From NCBI GenBank assembly GCA_964248365.1, contig CAXTYC010000013.1:32001-96000 (forward strand): a DNA stretch of 64,000 bases, given 5' to 3'. Shown here piece after piece: positions 41,729-50,839 of this stretch. How positions within the stretch are numbered: position 1 is the first letter of the stretch; each line of letters begins with the position of its first letter. Both the position numbers and the translations under genes were made by a program. A model generated the notes under the pieces. That model saw nothing but the letters and a program-made list of their open reading frames with translations. It was not told the DNA's origin and searched no databases. This DNA comes from an uncultured Chroococcidiopsis sp. GTDB taxonomy: Bacteria > Cyanobacteriota > Cyanobacteriia > Cyanobacteriales > Chroococcidiopsidaceae.

Positions 41729-42850
41729 ATGCAATTGAAACTGACTCCTTCAAGACTACCCTTTGCTTCTATCCTTTTGATTGCGCCCTTTTTCCTGTGG
41801 GGAACAGCAATGGTAGCAATGAAAGGTGTGATGCCGCATACTACGCCCTTATTCTTGGCAGGAGTACGTCTAATGCCAGCAGGAATATTAGTCTTAGGGG
41901 CTGGTGCTGCTATGGGTAGAACCCAGCCCAAAGGGTGGGCAGCATGGCTATGGATTAGCTTCTTTGCTTTGATAGATGGGACTTTGTTTCAAGGCTTTCT
42001 GGCAGAAGGGTTAGTCAGAACTGGGGCTGGTTTGGGTTCAGTGATGATTGATTCTCAACCTTTGGCTGTCGCCTTGCTTTCAAGTTGGTTGTTTGGAGAA
42101 ACTATCGGTTTATGGGGCTGGTTAGGTTTATTGTTTGGGGTACTGGGCATTAGTCTGATTGGTTTACCCGAAGGGTTGATTTCCAATCTTTTCTCTAGTG
42201 CTACAAACGTATGGGCGGGTTTATCAGACATACTTGGGAGCAATCAGATAACTCATTTAAATCCGCCCCTACTACTGTACTCTCTATTTGATAGTGGAGA
42301 GTGGTTAATGCTGTTGGCGGCGCTGTCTATGGCGGTGGGAACGGTGACTATCCGGTTTGTTTGCCGTCATGCCGATCCTGTGACAGCAACGGGATGGCAT
42401 ATGATTTTAGGGGGATTGCCTTTGTTTGCGATCTCAGCTGGGGTAGAGTCTGGGCAGTGGGTAGACATCAATTTCTCTGGGTGGATGGCGATCGCATACG
42501 CAACAATATTCGGAAGTGCGATCGCCTACGGGTTATTTTTCTACTTTGCCTCCAGTGGTAATCTTACTAGTCTTAGTTCACTGACTTTCCTCACGCCTGT
42601 ATTTGCTCTTTTGTTTGGCAACCTTTTCCTCTCGGAAGTTCTCAGCCCAATTCAGTGGATAGGAGTTAGCCTCACTTTAGTTAGTATCTATTTGGTAAAC
42701 CAGCGCGAAAACTTAGCAAAAGTCACAATGCGAATTTTGGGCAAAGAAGAAATCAAGACACAACAAGACAACTCCTTAAAATTATCTGGCGAGTCCAATC
42801 AAGTGCCTGTTTCTATATCTGTGAAGGAACCGGAATCAGAAATATCTTAA
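41729..42850 (+). CDS. DMT/EamA family transporter with an in-frame REP insert
   Basis: PFFLWGT, IDSQPL and FLTPVFA motifs; about 10 transmembrane helices. Confidence 0.9.
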   Translation: MQLKLTPSRLPFASILLIAPFFLWGTAMVAMKGVMPHTTPLFLAGVRLMPAGILVLGAGAAMGRTQPKGWAAWLWISFFALIDGTLFQGFLAEGLVRTGAGLGSVMIDSQPLAVALLSSWLFGETIGLWGWLGLLFGVLGISLIGLPEGLISNLFSSATNVWAGLSDILGSNQITHLNPPLLLYSLFDSGEWLMLLAALSMAVGTVTIRFVCRHADPVTATGWHMILGGLPLFAISAGVESGQWVDINFSGWMAIAYATIFGSAIAYGLFFYFASSGNLTSLSSLTFLTPVFALLFGNLFLSEVLSPIQWIGVSLTLVSIYLVNQRENLAKVTMRILGKEEIKTQQDNSLKLSGESNQVPVSISVKEPESEIS

Positions 42851-42877
42851 ACTAATAACATTTTCAGTCTTAATCCT

Positions 42878-43978
42878 TTGACCACAGCCAATTACCACTC
42901 ACTCAAAATACTATTTGTCTCTACTCCTGTTGGATCTCTAGGCACTGGACTAGGCGGCGGTGTTGAATTAAGTTTATATAACATTGCTCAAGAAATGCTG
43001 CGGCGGGGGCATACTCTACAAATCCTCGCCCCCCAAGGCTCAAAAATGGAGTCAATGCCGATAGTAGAAATTCCAGGCAACTTGCAAATTATTGCCCAAA
43101 GTCAGGAACGCTACGCACCTATTACCATGCCAGGAAATTCTGTTTTGGCGAATATGTGGGAATATGCGCGGCAGGTACAATTTGAATCCGACCTAATTGT
43201 TAATTTTGCTTACGATTGGTTGCCTTTTTACCTGACACCTTTTTTCAGTTGTCCGATCGCCCATTTTATCAGTATGGGTTCTCTATATGAGGCGATGGAT
43301 CAAATTGTGGCACAAGTCGCCCAGCAGTTTCCAGGTACGATCGCCTTTTACACCCAGTCCCAAGCGGCAACATTTCCCTTAGTAGGGGCGTTGGGTGTGC
43401 CTATATGTTTGGGTAGTGGCATAGATTTATCTGTGTATGAGTTTTGTGGGCAACCACAATCAAAGTTAGCGTGGCTTGGGCGCATCGCTAGAGAAAAAGG
43501 TTTAGAGGATGCAGTAGCAGCAGCGAAAATCACTAATATTCCGCTCAAAATCATGGGCAAAATTCAAGATCAGGAATATTGGCAGCAGATTCATAAAAGC
43601 TACCCAGATGCACCTGTGGAATATTTGGGATTTCTTTCAACTGCCAAAATGCAGCAAGAACTGCGTCAGTGTCGGGCAATGTTAATGACACCTCGTTGGG
43701 TGGAAGCATTTGGAAATGTGGCAATTGAAGCGCTTGCTTGTGGAGTACCAGTAATTTCCTATCGTCGCGGTGGTCCGGCTGAGATTATTGAAGATGGCAA
43801 GACGGGTTTTTTGGTCGAACCGGATAGTGTCAATGGGCTAGTGGATGCGATCGCTCGTTTGGATGAAATTGATCGTCATACTTGCCGTCAACAAGCCGAA
43901 ACTGAATTTTCATTAGAAGCGTTGGGCGATCGGTTTGAAAAGTGGTTTCGAGATATTTTAACCAGCAAAAGTGCTTAG
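42878..43978 (+). CDS. Family 4 glycosyltransferase
   Basis: GGGVE, GRI..EKG and EAFGNVAIEALACGVPV motifs. Confidence 0.92.
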   Translation: MTTANYHSLKILFVSTPVGSLGTGLGGGVELSLYNIAQEMLRRGHTLQILAPQGSKMESMPIVEIPGNLQIIAQSQERYAPITMPGNSVLANMWEYARQVQFESDLIVNFAYDWLPFYLTPFFSCPIAHFISMGSLYEAMDQIVAQVAQQFPGTIAFYTQSQAATFPLVGALGVPICLGSGIDLSVYEFCGQPQSKLAWLGRIAREKGLEDAVAAAKITNIPLKIMGKIQDQEYWQQIHKSYPDAPVEYLGFLSTAKMQQELRQCRAMLMTPRWVEAFGNVAIEALACGVPVISYRRGGPAEIIEDGKTGFLVEPDSVNGLVDAIARLDEIDRHTCRQQAETEFSLEALGDRFEKWFRDILTSKSA

Positions 43979-44026
43979 GGTGTACTATATAATCCAAAAT
44001 TATGCAAAAGATTTGTGAAATTTCTA

Positions 44027-44078
44027 GTTTGCCACCCATGCCCACCATTATCAAATTTGGTGGGCATGGGTGGCAAAC
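44027..44078. repeat. Perfect 21-bp inverted repeat with a 10-nt loop
   Basis: GTTTGCCACCCATGCCCACCA-N10-TGGTGGGCATGGGTGGCAAAC. Confidence 0.9.
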
Positions 44079-44351
44079 CCCTTCATCTACTTAAGGAAGA
44101 TGAATAATTTTAAAACAATGAATAAAATCAGGGCTAAAATTTATTTTAGTTGTCAGACTTGAAGAGGTTAGAGCAATTACTAGGCTCTCGAAAAGATTAA
44201 TTTAAAAATTGAAAATATTAACATTCTTTAAACCAACCAATTGCTTTAAACAAGTTATTGAGATTGCTGTATCAAGAGCTACCAAATAGCCGATTTTATA
44301 CATCCAAAAGACAAACACCACGCTCATCCCATACTATCTGTTGGAGAACAA

Positions 44352-45791
44352 ATGGCTATCAGTCTTTTTCCTAAAAAATCAATAGACGGCTTGATGCAAG
44401 AAGCGTCATCCGAAGGTAGTGAAGGGCTGCACCGTGCGCTTGGGGCAAAAAATTTAACAGCCTTGGGCGTTGGAGCAATTATTGGTGCTGGTATTTTTGT
44501 CTTAACTGGACAAGCGGCGGCTAAGTATGCAGGACCATCGATCGCTCTTTCATTTGTGCTGGCGGGACTTGGATGCACCTTTTCAGGGCTTTGCTACGCC
44601 GAGTTTGCCTCAATGATTCCCATCGCAGGTAGCGCGTACACCTATGCCTACACCACATTAGGCGAACTAATAGCATGGATTATTGGTTGGGATTTAATTC
44701 TAGAATACCTTTTTGGTGCTTCGACGGTGGCAGTCGGTTGGTCTGGTTATATTGTCAGCTTCTTCAAAGATTTGGGAATTAGAATTCCTCCCGCTCTTTC
44801 CACTGCACCCTTAAATCTCCCTGCGATATTTATTGTGGCGTTGATGACCACGCTTTTAGTTATAGGCATTCGTGAGTCAGCTAAGTTTAATAATATCATT
44901 GTATTGATTAAAGTTTGTGTAATTCTCCTGTTTATTTTTTTTGGAATTGCTCATATCAACGTTCAAAATTTAACACCATTTATTCCTGAAAATACTGGAG
45001 AATTCGGACATTACGGCTGGAGTGGAATTTTAAGAGGTGCAGGAGTTATCTTTTTCGCCTACATTGGTTTTGATGCGGTTTCAACAGCTGCCCAAGAAGC
45101 ACGTAATCCTCAAAAAGATATGCCGATCGCTATTTTGGGATCGCTGATAATTTCGACGGTGCTATATATTGCTGTAGCGTTAGTGCTGACAGGGATTGTA
45201 CCTTATCAACAGCTAAATGTCCCCGATCCAATTGCTGTCGGAATCAATGCAGCTGGTGAAACATTGCGCTGGCTGCGACCATTGGTTAAAATTGGCGCGA
45301 TCGCAGGTTTAAGTTCTGTTATTCTTGTCATGCTGATGGGGCAACCAAGGATTTTTTACTCGATGGCAAGAGATGGATTGTTACCGCCTCAATTTGCCGC
45401 CGTCCATCCCCGATTTAGAACGCCCTACATGACAACAATTGTATCGGGAATAGCAGCTGCGATCTTCGCAGGTTTGTTTCCAATCAGTGTGCTTGGTGAA
45501 TTAGTTTCAATCGGCACTTTACTAGCTTTTTTCATTGTCTGTACTGCTGTACCAGTTTTGCGAAAAACCAGACCAGATCTACCTCGACCTTTTAAAACTC
45601 CACTCGTTCCCTTAGTACCAATTTTGGGCGCACTGGTATCTTTGGCGCAAATGGTTGCTCTACCCTTTGATACTTGGTTGCGGTTGATAGTATGGCTAGC
45701 GATCGGCTTATTGATATATTTCACCTATGGGCGCAAACATAGCCTAGTGCAATTGCAGGAACAACAACGTGAGTACCAGGAGCAAAAATAA
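44352..45791 (+). CDS. APC family amino-acid permease
   Basis: [17 protein letters not shown] and FFAYIGFD motifs. Confidence 0.95.
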   Translation: MAISLFPKKSIDGLMQEASSEGSEGLHRALGAKNLTALGVGAIIGAGIFVLTGQAAAKYAGPSIALSFVLAGLGCTFSGLCYAEFASMIPIAGSAYTYAYTTLGELIAWIIGWDLILEYLFGASTVAVGWSGYIVSFFKDLGIRIPPALSTAPLNLPAIFIVALMTTLLVIGIRESAKFNNIIVLIKVCVILLFIFFGIAHINVQNLTPFIPENTGEFGHYGWSGILRGAGVIFFAYIGFDAVSTAAQEARNPQKDMPIAILGSLIISTVLYIAVALVLTGIVPYQQLNVPDPIAVGINAAGETLRWLRPLVKIGAIAGLSSVILVMLMGQPRIFYSMARDGLLPPQFAAVHPRFRTPYMTTIVSGIAAAIFAGLFPISVLGELVSIGTLLAFFIVCTAVPVLRKTRPDLPRPFKTPLVPLVPILGALVSLAQMVALPFDTWLRLIVWLAIGLLIYFTYGRKHSLVQLQEQQREYQEQK

Positions 45792-45793
45792 GC

Positions 45794-46813
45794 TTGTCAT
45801 TTAAACAATGCCAGCCACCACCGCCCTTAAAACCTGGGGATTTGTTGCGGGTAATTGCCCCCAGCGGCGCTTTGCGAGAAACCGAAGCATTTGAACGGGG
45901 TGTAGAAATTTGGCGATCGCATGGTTACAATGTCGAAACCACAGATATTAATGACCGTTGGGGATATTTAGCAGGGAAAGACGAAAGCCGTCGCCAGCAA
46001 TTACACAACGCTTGGAACGATCCAGAATGTCGCGGTATCCTCTGCGCTAGAGGTGGTTATGGTAGTGCCAGAATTTTAGAGGATTGGACGTGGGCAGAGG
46101 AGCAGAGGGGCAGAGGGGCAAGGGGCAGAGGAGAAACTACAATCCAAAATCCAAAATCTAAAATCCAAAATCCAAAATCCAAAATCCAAAATTTCCTAGC
46201 CCCTAGCCCCCAGCCCCCAGCCCCTCCCAAATGGTTGATTGGCTTTTCTGACATTACTTGCCTACTTTGGAGCCTTACCTCTGTGGGGATTTCGGGTGTT
46301 CACGCTCCTGTCTTGACAACACTCGCCTATGAGCCAGAATGGTCAATTCAGAGATTATTCGATTGGGTGAATGGTCGTTGTTTAGCCCCGCTTGAAGGTA
46401 CACCTTGGGGGGGTGGTGTGGCGAATGGTATGCTGTTACCAGCTAATCTCACTGTTGCTACCCATCTACTTGGAACCCCAATTTTACCTGATTTAGATGG
46501 CGTTATTCTTGCTTGGGAAGATGTAACCGAGGCTCCGTATCGCATTGATAGATTATTGACTGGGTGGCGCTTGAGTGGGGCGTTGTCAAAAGTCCAAGGC
46601 ATTGCTTTGGGGCGCTTTAGCCGCTGCGAGGCTCCGCCGAATATTCCTAGTTTGAAGATTGAGGAAGTGCTACGCGATCGCCTGGGAGATCTGAACATTC
46701 CCATTGTCTCTGATTTGCCATTCGGTCATGATGGTGCTAACGCCGCCTTACCCGTCGGTGTTTTAGCTTGTTTAAATGCTGACAAAGGCACATTAACAAT
46801 TAGTAGTTGGTGA
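45794..46813 (+). CDS. S66 LD-carboxypeptidase with an in-frame repeat insert
   Basis: IAPS, ARGGYG, GFSDIT (catalytic Ser), EDV.E and FGH motifs. Confidence 0.9.
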   Translation: MSFKQCQPPPPLKPGDLLRVIAPSGALRETEAFERGVEIWRSHGYNVETTDINDRWGYLAGKDESRRQQLHNAWNDPECRGILCARGGYGSARILEDWTWAEEQRGRGARGRGETTIQNPKSKIQNPKSKIQNFLAPSPQPPAPPKWLIGFSDITCLLWSLTSVGISGVHAPVLTTLAYEPEWSIQRLFDWVNGRCLAPLEGTPWGGGVANGMLLPANLTVATHLLGTPILPDLDGVILAWEDVTEAPYRIDRLLTGWRLSGALSKVQGIALGRFSRCEAPPNIPSLKIEEVLRDRLGDLNIPIVSDLPFGHDGANAALPVGVLACLNADKGTLTISSW

Positions 46814-46925
46814 AAGGGTAAGGGAAAAGGGAAAAGGTAATTCGTAATTTCTCCCTTGCCCCTGAAGCCCCCCATCTCCCCTTTGCTCCCCCTAGCCCCT
46901 AGCCCCTAGCCCCTAGCCCCTCGCT

Positions 46926-47936
46926 TTAATAACGAATTTCTATCCTACCATTTGGGGTAAATACTACTCGAAATCGCGCTACTGACTGCTGATTTGCTGC
47001 TTTGCTATTATATTGAGATTTTACCAGCTATGGTAAGGGTGTTAGGTTAGTATTATTAATAGCTGGTTGATTGACTGGGTGATAAAAAACAATCGAACCG
47101 TCAGTAGCGATCGCCACTATATAAATTAACTTTTGGGTTAAATTAGATTTTGTGTGCCAAGCCTGCTCAATTTTATTGTGGAGTTTCTCGGATAATGCTT
47201 GAATTTGACTACTATCAGTAATTTCTGTTGCTGCAAATAAAGGCAAATCTAACTGAGAAATGACACTAGCATACCTTCCATCTGTTTTTTTGTGGAAAAT
47301 ACATAAACTAAGGGCTTGAATCAATCCCAAAGGCACAGCACCAAATATTTTTTGAATTAGGATTAGAGCAAATGGTGATATTTGCAAAATTCCATCTAGA
47401 TTAACTTGCATCAAAGCAAGAAAAATGATGTTAGCCGTCAGCTTAGATACATAGACAGAAAATGGAGCAACAAAAAGCCACCACCTAGCAGCAAAAACAT
47501 TTTGTCGTAGCAACAGCCACCCAGTTATTCCTAACCAAATATAAAAAATACTGTTTAATACTCCGCCTATTTGATTGAACCAAGCAGAGGCAAAAACAGC
47601 AGAAATACTACAGCCTACACCCGTAGCAACAATCCACCACCAACTAGGTAGATATTTACGTAGGCTCAACCCCTGAAAGACTCCTAAACTAGCCCCTACA
47701 ATTAGGTTATTTAAAAATATCAGAGTTGCACTATGTCCGGCATACTGGAAGAATGGGGAATTGTTTAGATTGAGTAAAAATTCATTTATTGAGATTCCCA
47801 CGACTAAGCCAATGCCTGTCATGAGCGTAAAAAGTATTAAGAACCTGCTTTGCTCTGAAAACGGTATTAAAAGGTATAAACTACGATTGACAGAATTTGT
47901 TGTGGGAGTATAGGAGCGATTTGGGTTGAGCTGCAT
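46926..47936 (-). pseudogene. Membrane protein with a C-terminal soluble domain, interrupted by an in-frame TAG at 47028-47030
   Basis: The frame continues past the TAG as LVKSQYNSKAANQQSVARFRVVFTPNGRIEIRY* to 46926. Confidence 0.6.
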
Positions 47937-48066
47937 ATCAACTTAGTAACCAACTTTAGTAACCTGCAATCGAGGTGGGAATAAAGTTAATCAACAAAGG
48001 AAAAAAGAGTAATTCTAGAATGCTAAGCTAACAAATGCATAAAAAAAAGTTAAGGTGAATAGTTTT

Positions 48067-49119
48067 ATGACCGTTACAACTCAAGTTCCCCATCTGCTGC
48101 GGGCAGCGAATGGTGAAGAATTAGACCGTCCACCTGTGTGGATGATGCGACAAGCAGGTCGCTATATGAAAGCTTATAGAGACTTACGAGAGAAATACCC
48201 TTCATTTCGCGATCGCTCAGAAATACCGGAAGTAGCAGTCGAGATTTCCTTGCAACCCTGGAGAGCATTCCAACCAGACGGAGTGATTCTATTTTCAGAT
48301 ATTGTAACCCCGTTACCAGGCATGGGGATTGAAATGGATATCGCCGAAGGTAAAGGTCCAATTATCCAATCTCCAATTCGTAGTCAAGAACAAGTAGACG
48401 GGCTGCGTTCCTTAGAACCAGCAGAATCCTTGCCATTTATCAAACAAATTTTACAAGCACTGCGGCAAGAAGTAGGAGACAAATCGACAGTACTAGGCTT
48501 CGTGGGTGCGCCTTGGACTTTATCCGCTTATGCCGTAGAAGGCAAAGGCTCAAAAAGCTACTCTGTGATCAAAGGTATGGCGTTCTCAGATCCGACGATC
48601 CTGCATAAGCTGCTAGGGAAATTTGCAGATGCGATCGCCACTTATGTTCGCTACCAAATTGACTGCGGCGCACAAGTAGTGCAAATGTTTGATTCTTGGG
48701 CAGGTCAACTCAGCCCTCAAGATTATGAGACATTTGCCTTACCATATCAACAGCGCGTTTTCCGCCAAGTCAAATCCACTCATCCCGACACACCTCTAAT
48801 CCTGCTTGTCAGCGGTAGTGCAGGCGTACTAGAGAAAATGGCTTTGTCGGGGGCTGATATTGTCACCGTAGATTGGACAGTCGATATGGCAGACGCACGG
48901 GCTAGATTAGGCAAAGATATTAAAGTACAGGGAAATCTAGATCCTGGTGTATTATTTGGTTCTAAAGAGTTTATCCGCGATCGCATTTTGGACACTGTTC
49001 GCAAAGCCGGAAAACGAGGGCATATCCTCAATCTCGGTCACGGCGTTTTACCAAATACTCCAGAGGAGAATGTAGCTTTCTTCTTTGAAACAGCGAAGAA
49101 TTTAGGGGCTAGGGGCTAG
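48067..49119 (+). CDS. hemE: Uroporphyrinogen decarboxylase
   Basis: [21 protein letters not shown] and NLGHG motifs. Confidence 0.98.
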   Translation: MTVTTQVPHLLRAANGEELDRPPVWMMRQAGRYMKAYRDLREKYPSFRDRSEIPEVAVEISLQPWRAFQPDGVILFSDIVTPLPGMGIEMDIAEGKGPIIQSPIRSQEQVDGLRSLEPAESLPFIKQILQALRQEVGDKSTVLGFVGAPWTLSAYAVEGKGSKSYSVIKGMAFSDPTILHKLLGKFADAIATYVRYQIDCGAQVVQMFDSWAGQLSPQDYETFALPYQQRVFRQVKSTHPDTPLILLVSGSAGVLEKMALSGADIVTVDWTVDMADARARLGKDIKVQGNLDPGVLFGSKEFIRDRILDTVRKAGKRGHILNLGHGVLPNTPEENVAFFFETAKNLGARG

Positions 49120-49179
49120 GGAAGGAAGAGAGTTTGCTTTTAGCAAGCTAGCAGCCTCAAAGTATCCTAGTCGCCTAAT

Positions 49180-49569
49180 CTACTTTTCGAGGGACAAGGG
49201 TTGAAGCTTTGCTTTCAAAGATCTTTGTAAACCTCGAATCATCCTACCAATTTTATCTGTCTTTGAAAACACAGATTCTAAAATTTGCTGATCTAGATAA
49301 TATAGTCTTTCCGCCAGAATTAGCTGAGTTTCTAGTTCTGCCAACGAACCTAAAGCTATTGAGAGGTGATGTAAAAATTCTTTTGTTGAATCTCTTGCGT
49401 GTCCTTCTGCAATATTGGATGGAATTGATACAGCGGCTCGTTGGATTTGACTACTTAACCCGTACATTTCCATCTTAGGGAAATACCCAGTTAAGCAATA
49501 AACTTGTTCCACCAAGTCGATACTGGCTTGCCAAACCATTAAGTCTCGATAACTATTAACCGTACTCAT
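49180..49569 (-). CDS. Four-helix-bundle protein (23S rRNA intervening-sequence protein family, Avd-like fold)
   Basis: YRDL.VWQ, FP..E.YGL.SQ..RAAVSIPSNIAEG and GSL.ELETQ motifs. Confidence 0.93.
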   Translation of the reverse strand: MSTVNSYRDLMVWQASIDLVEQVYCLTGYFPKMEMYGLSSQIQRAAVSIPSNIAEGHARDSTKEFLHHLSIALGSLAELETQLILAERLYYLDQQILESVFSKTDKIGRMIRGLQRSLKAKLQPLSLEK

Positions 49570-49612
49570 TAAATAAATTACATAACTAATGTTACCAATT
49601 ATACACGGATTT

Positions 49613-49735
49613 CCCTACATTCTCCCCAGCCCCCAGCCTCCAGCCCCTAGCCCCTACATTCTCCCCAGCCCCCAGCCCCCAGCCCCTAGCCCCTACATTC
49701 TCCCCAGCCCCCAGCCTCCAGCCTCCAGCCCCTCA
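49613..49735. repeat. Three 39-bp higher-order tandem units built from CCCCCAG/CCCCTAG heptamers
   Basis: CCCTACATTCT starts at 49613, 49652 and 49691. Confidence 0.92.
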
Positions 49736-49737
49736 CT

Positions 49738-50703
49738 ATGCGTATATTAGTAACTGGCGCAAGTGGCTGTATCGGTCACTACATTTGTCAAGCGTTGATT
49801 CAACAAACTGATCACGAACTGTATTTACTGGTTAGAAACCCGAATAAACTACAAGTGAATACCCAATATCGCCCTGGTATCACAGTTTTGCAGGGTGATA
49901 TGAAAGAAATTGAGCAATTTGCACACTTGCTTAAAACAATAGATACTGCTGTACTAACAGCTACCTCTTGGGGTGGCGAAGATATATTTGAGATCAATGT
50001 CAATAAGACGCTTCGGTTATTGAATTTGCTAGATCCAACCCGATGCCAGCAAGTAATTTACTTTTCAACTGCTAGCGTTTTGGATCGTCATAACAAATTA
50101 CTTAAGGAAGCAGGTGAAATCGGTACAGACTACATCCGTTCCAAATACGAATGCATCAGTAAATTATCACAAAGGGCGATCGCACCTCAAATTACTGTTC
50201 TCTTACCAACCCTCGTACTAGGAGGCGATGCCCAAAAACCTTATTCTCATCTTTCAGCTGGCTTATCAGAAGTACCAAAATGGATAAATCTAGCGCGTTT
50301 CTTCCAAGTTGATGGTAGTTTCCACTTTATTCATGGGCGAGATATTGCCCAAGTAGTAAGATATCTAATTGACAATCCTCCCAACAACCAACCACGCCAA
50401 TTTGTATTAGGGCAAAAGCGGTTAACAGTCAACCAGGCAATAGAAGAAATTTGCGCCTATCTAAATAAAAAAACTTACTTTCGGATTCCTCTATATCTAT
50501 CTCTAGCCAATTTGTTTATCGTATTGTTCCGAATTCAGATGGCAACTTGGGATAGATTTTGTCTTCAATATCGACATTTCACTTACGAAAATGTCATCAA
50601 TCCAGATAGCTTTGGCTTACCAAATTATTGCCCTACCCTCACTGATGTTTTAAAAATCAGCGGCATTCCACCTGGTATTAAAGACTCCAGCGTAAACACC
50701 TAG
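49738..50703 (+). CDS. NAD-dependent epimerase/dehydratase family protein
   Basis: TGASGCIG, FSTAS and YIRSK motifs. Confidence 0.92.
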   Translation: MRILVTGASGCIGHYICQALIQQTDHELYLLVRNPNKLQVNTQYRPGITVLQGDMKEIEQFAHLLKTIDTAVLTATSWGGEDIFEINVNKTLRLLNLLDPTRCQQVIYFSTASVLDRHNKLLKEAGEIGTDYIRSKYECISKLSQRAIAPQITVLLPTLVLGGDAQKPYSHLSAGLSEVPKWINLARFFQVDGSFHFIHGRDIAQVVRYLIDNPPNNQPRQFVLGQKRLTVNQAIEEICAYLNKKTYFRIPLYLSLANLFIVLFRIQMATWDRFCLQYRHFTYENVINPDSFGLPNYCPTLTDVLKISGIPPGIKDSSVNT

Positions 50704-50839
50704 CTTTGGCATTTACTCACTTCTAGGGCAAGATTACTTATTTTCTTCCTTCGCGTTCTTTGCGTCTAACGCCCTTTGGGCTTCGCTTCGCTGGTGCGGT
50801 TCATTAAATAGGCATTCTTTGGGTGAGAAGTGAGTAATA

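Noticed and set aside
47028..47030. Pyrrolysine recoding at the in-frame TAG
   Set aside because: No pyl genes are in view, the system is not known in cyanobacteria, and many genes here use TAG as a normal stop.
49180..49569. Diversity-generating retroelement
   Set aside because: An Avd-like fold is present, but no reverse transcriptase and no template/variable repeat pair with adenine-specific mismatches is visible in the window.
49613..49735. Possible CRISPR array (39-bp period)
   Set aside because: The units are contiguous with no unique spacers, are built from heptamers, and no cas genes are present.
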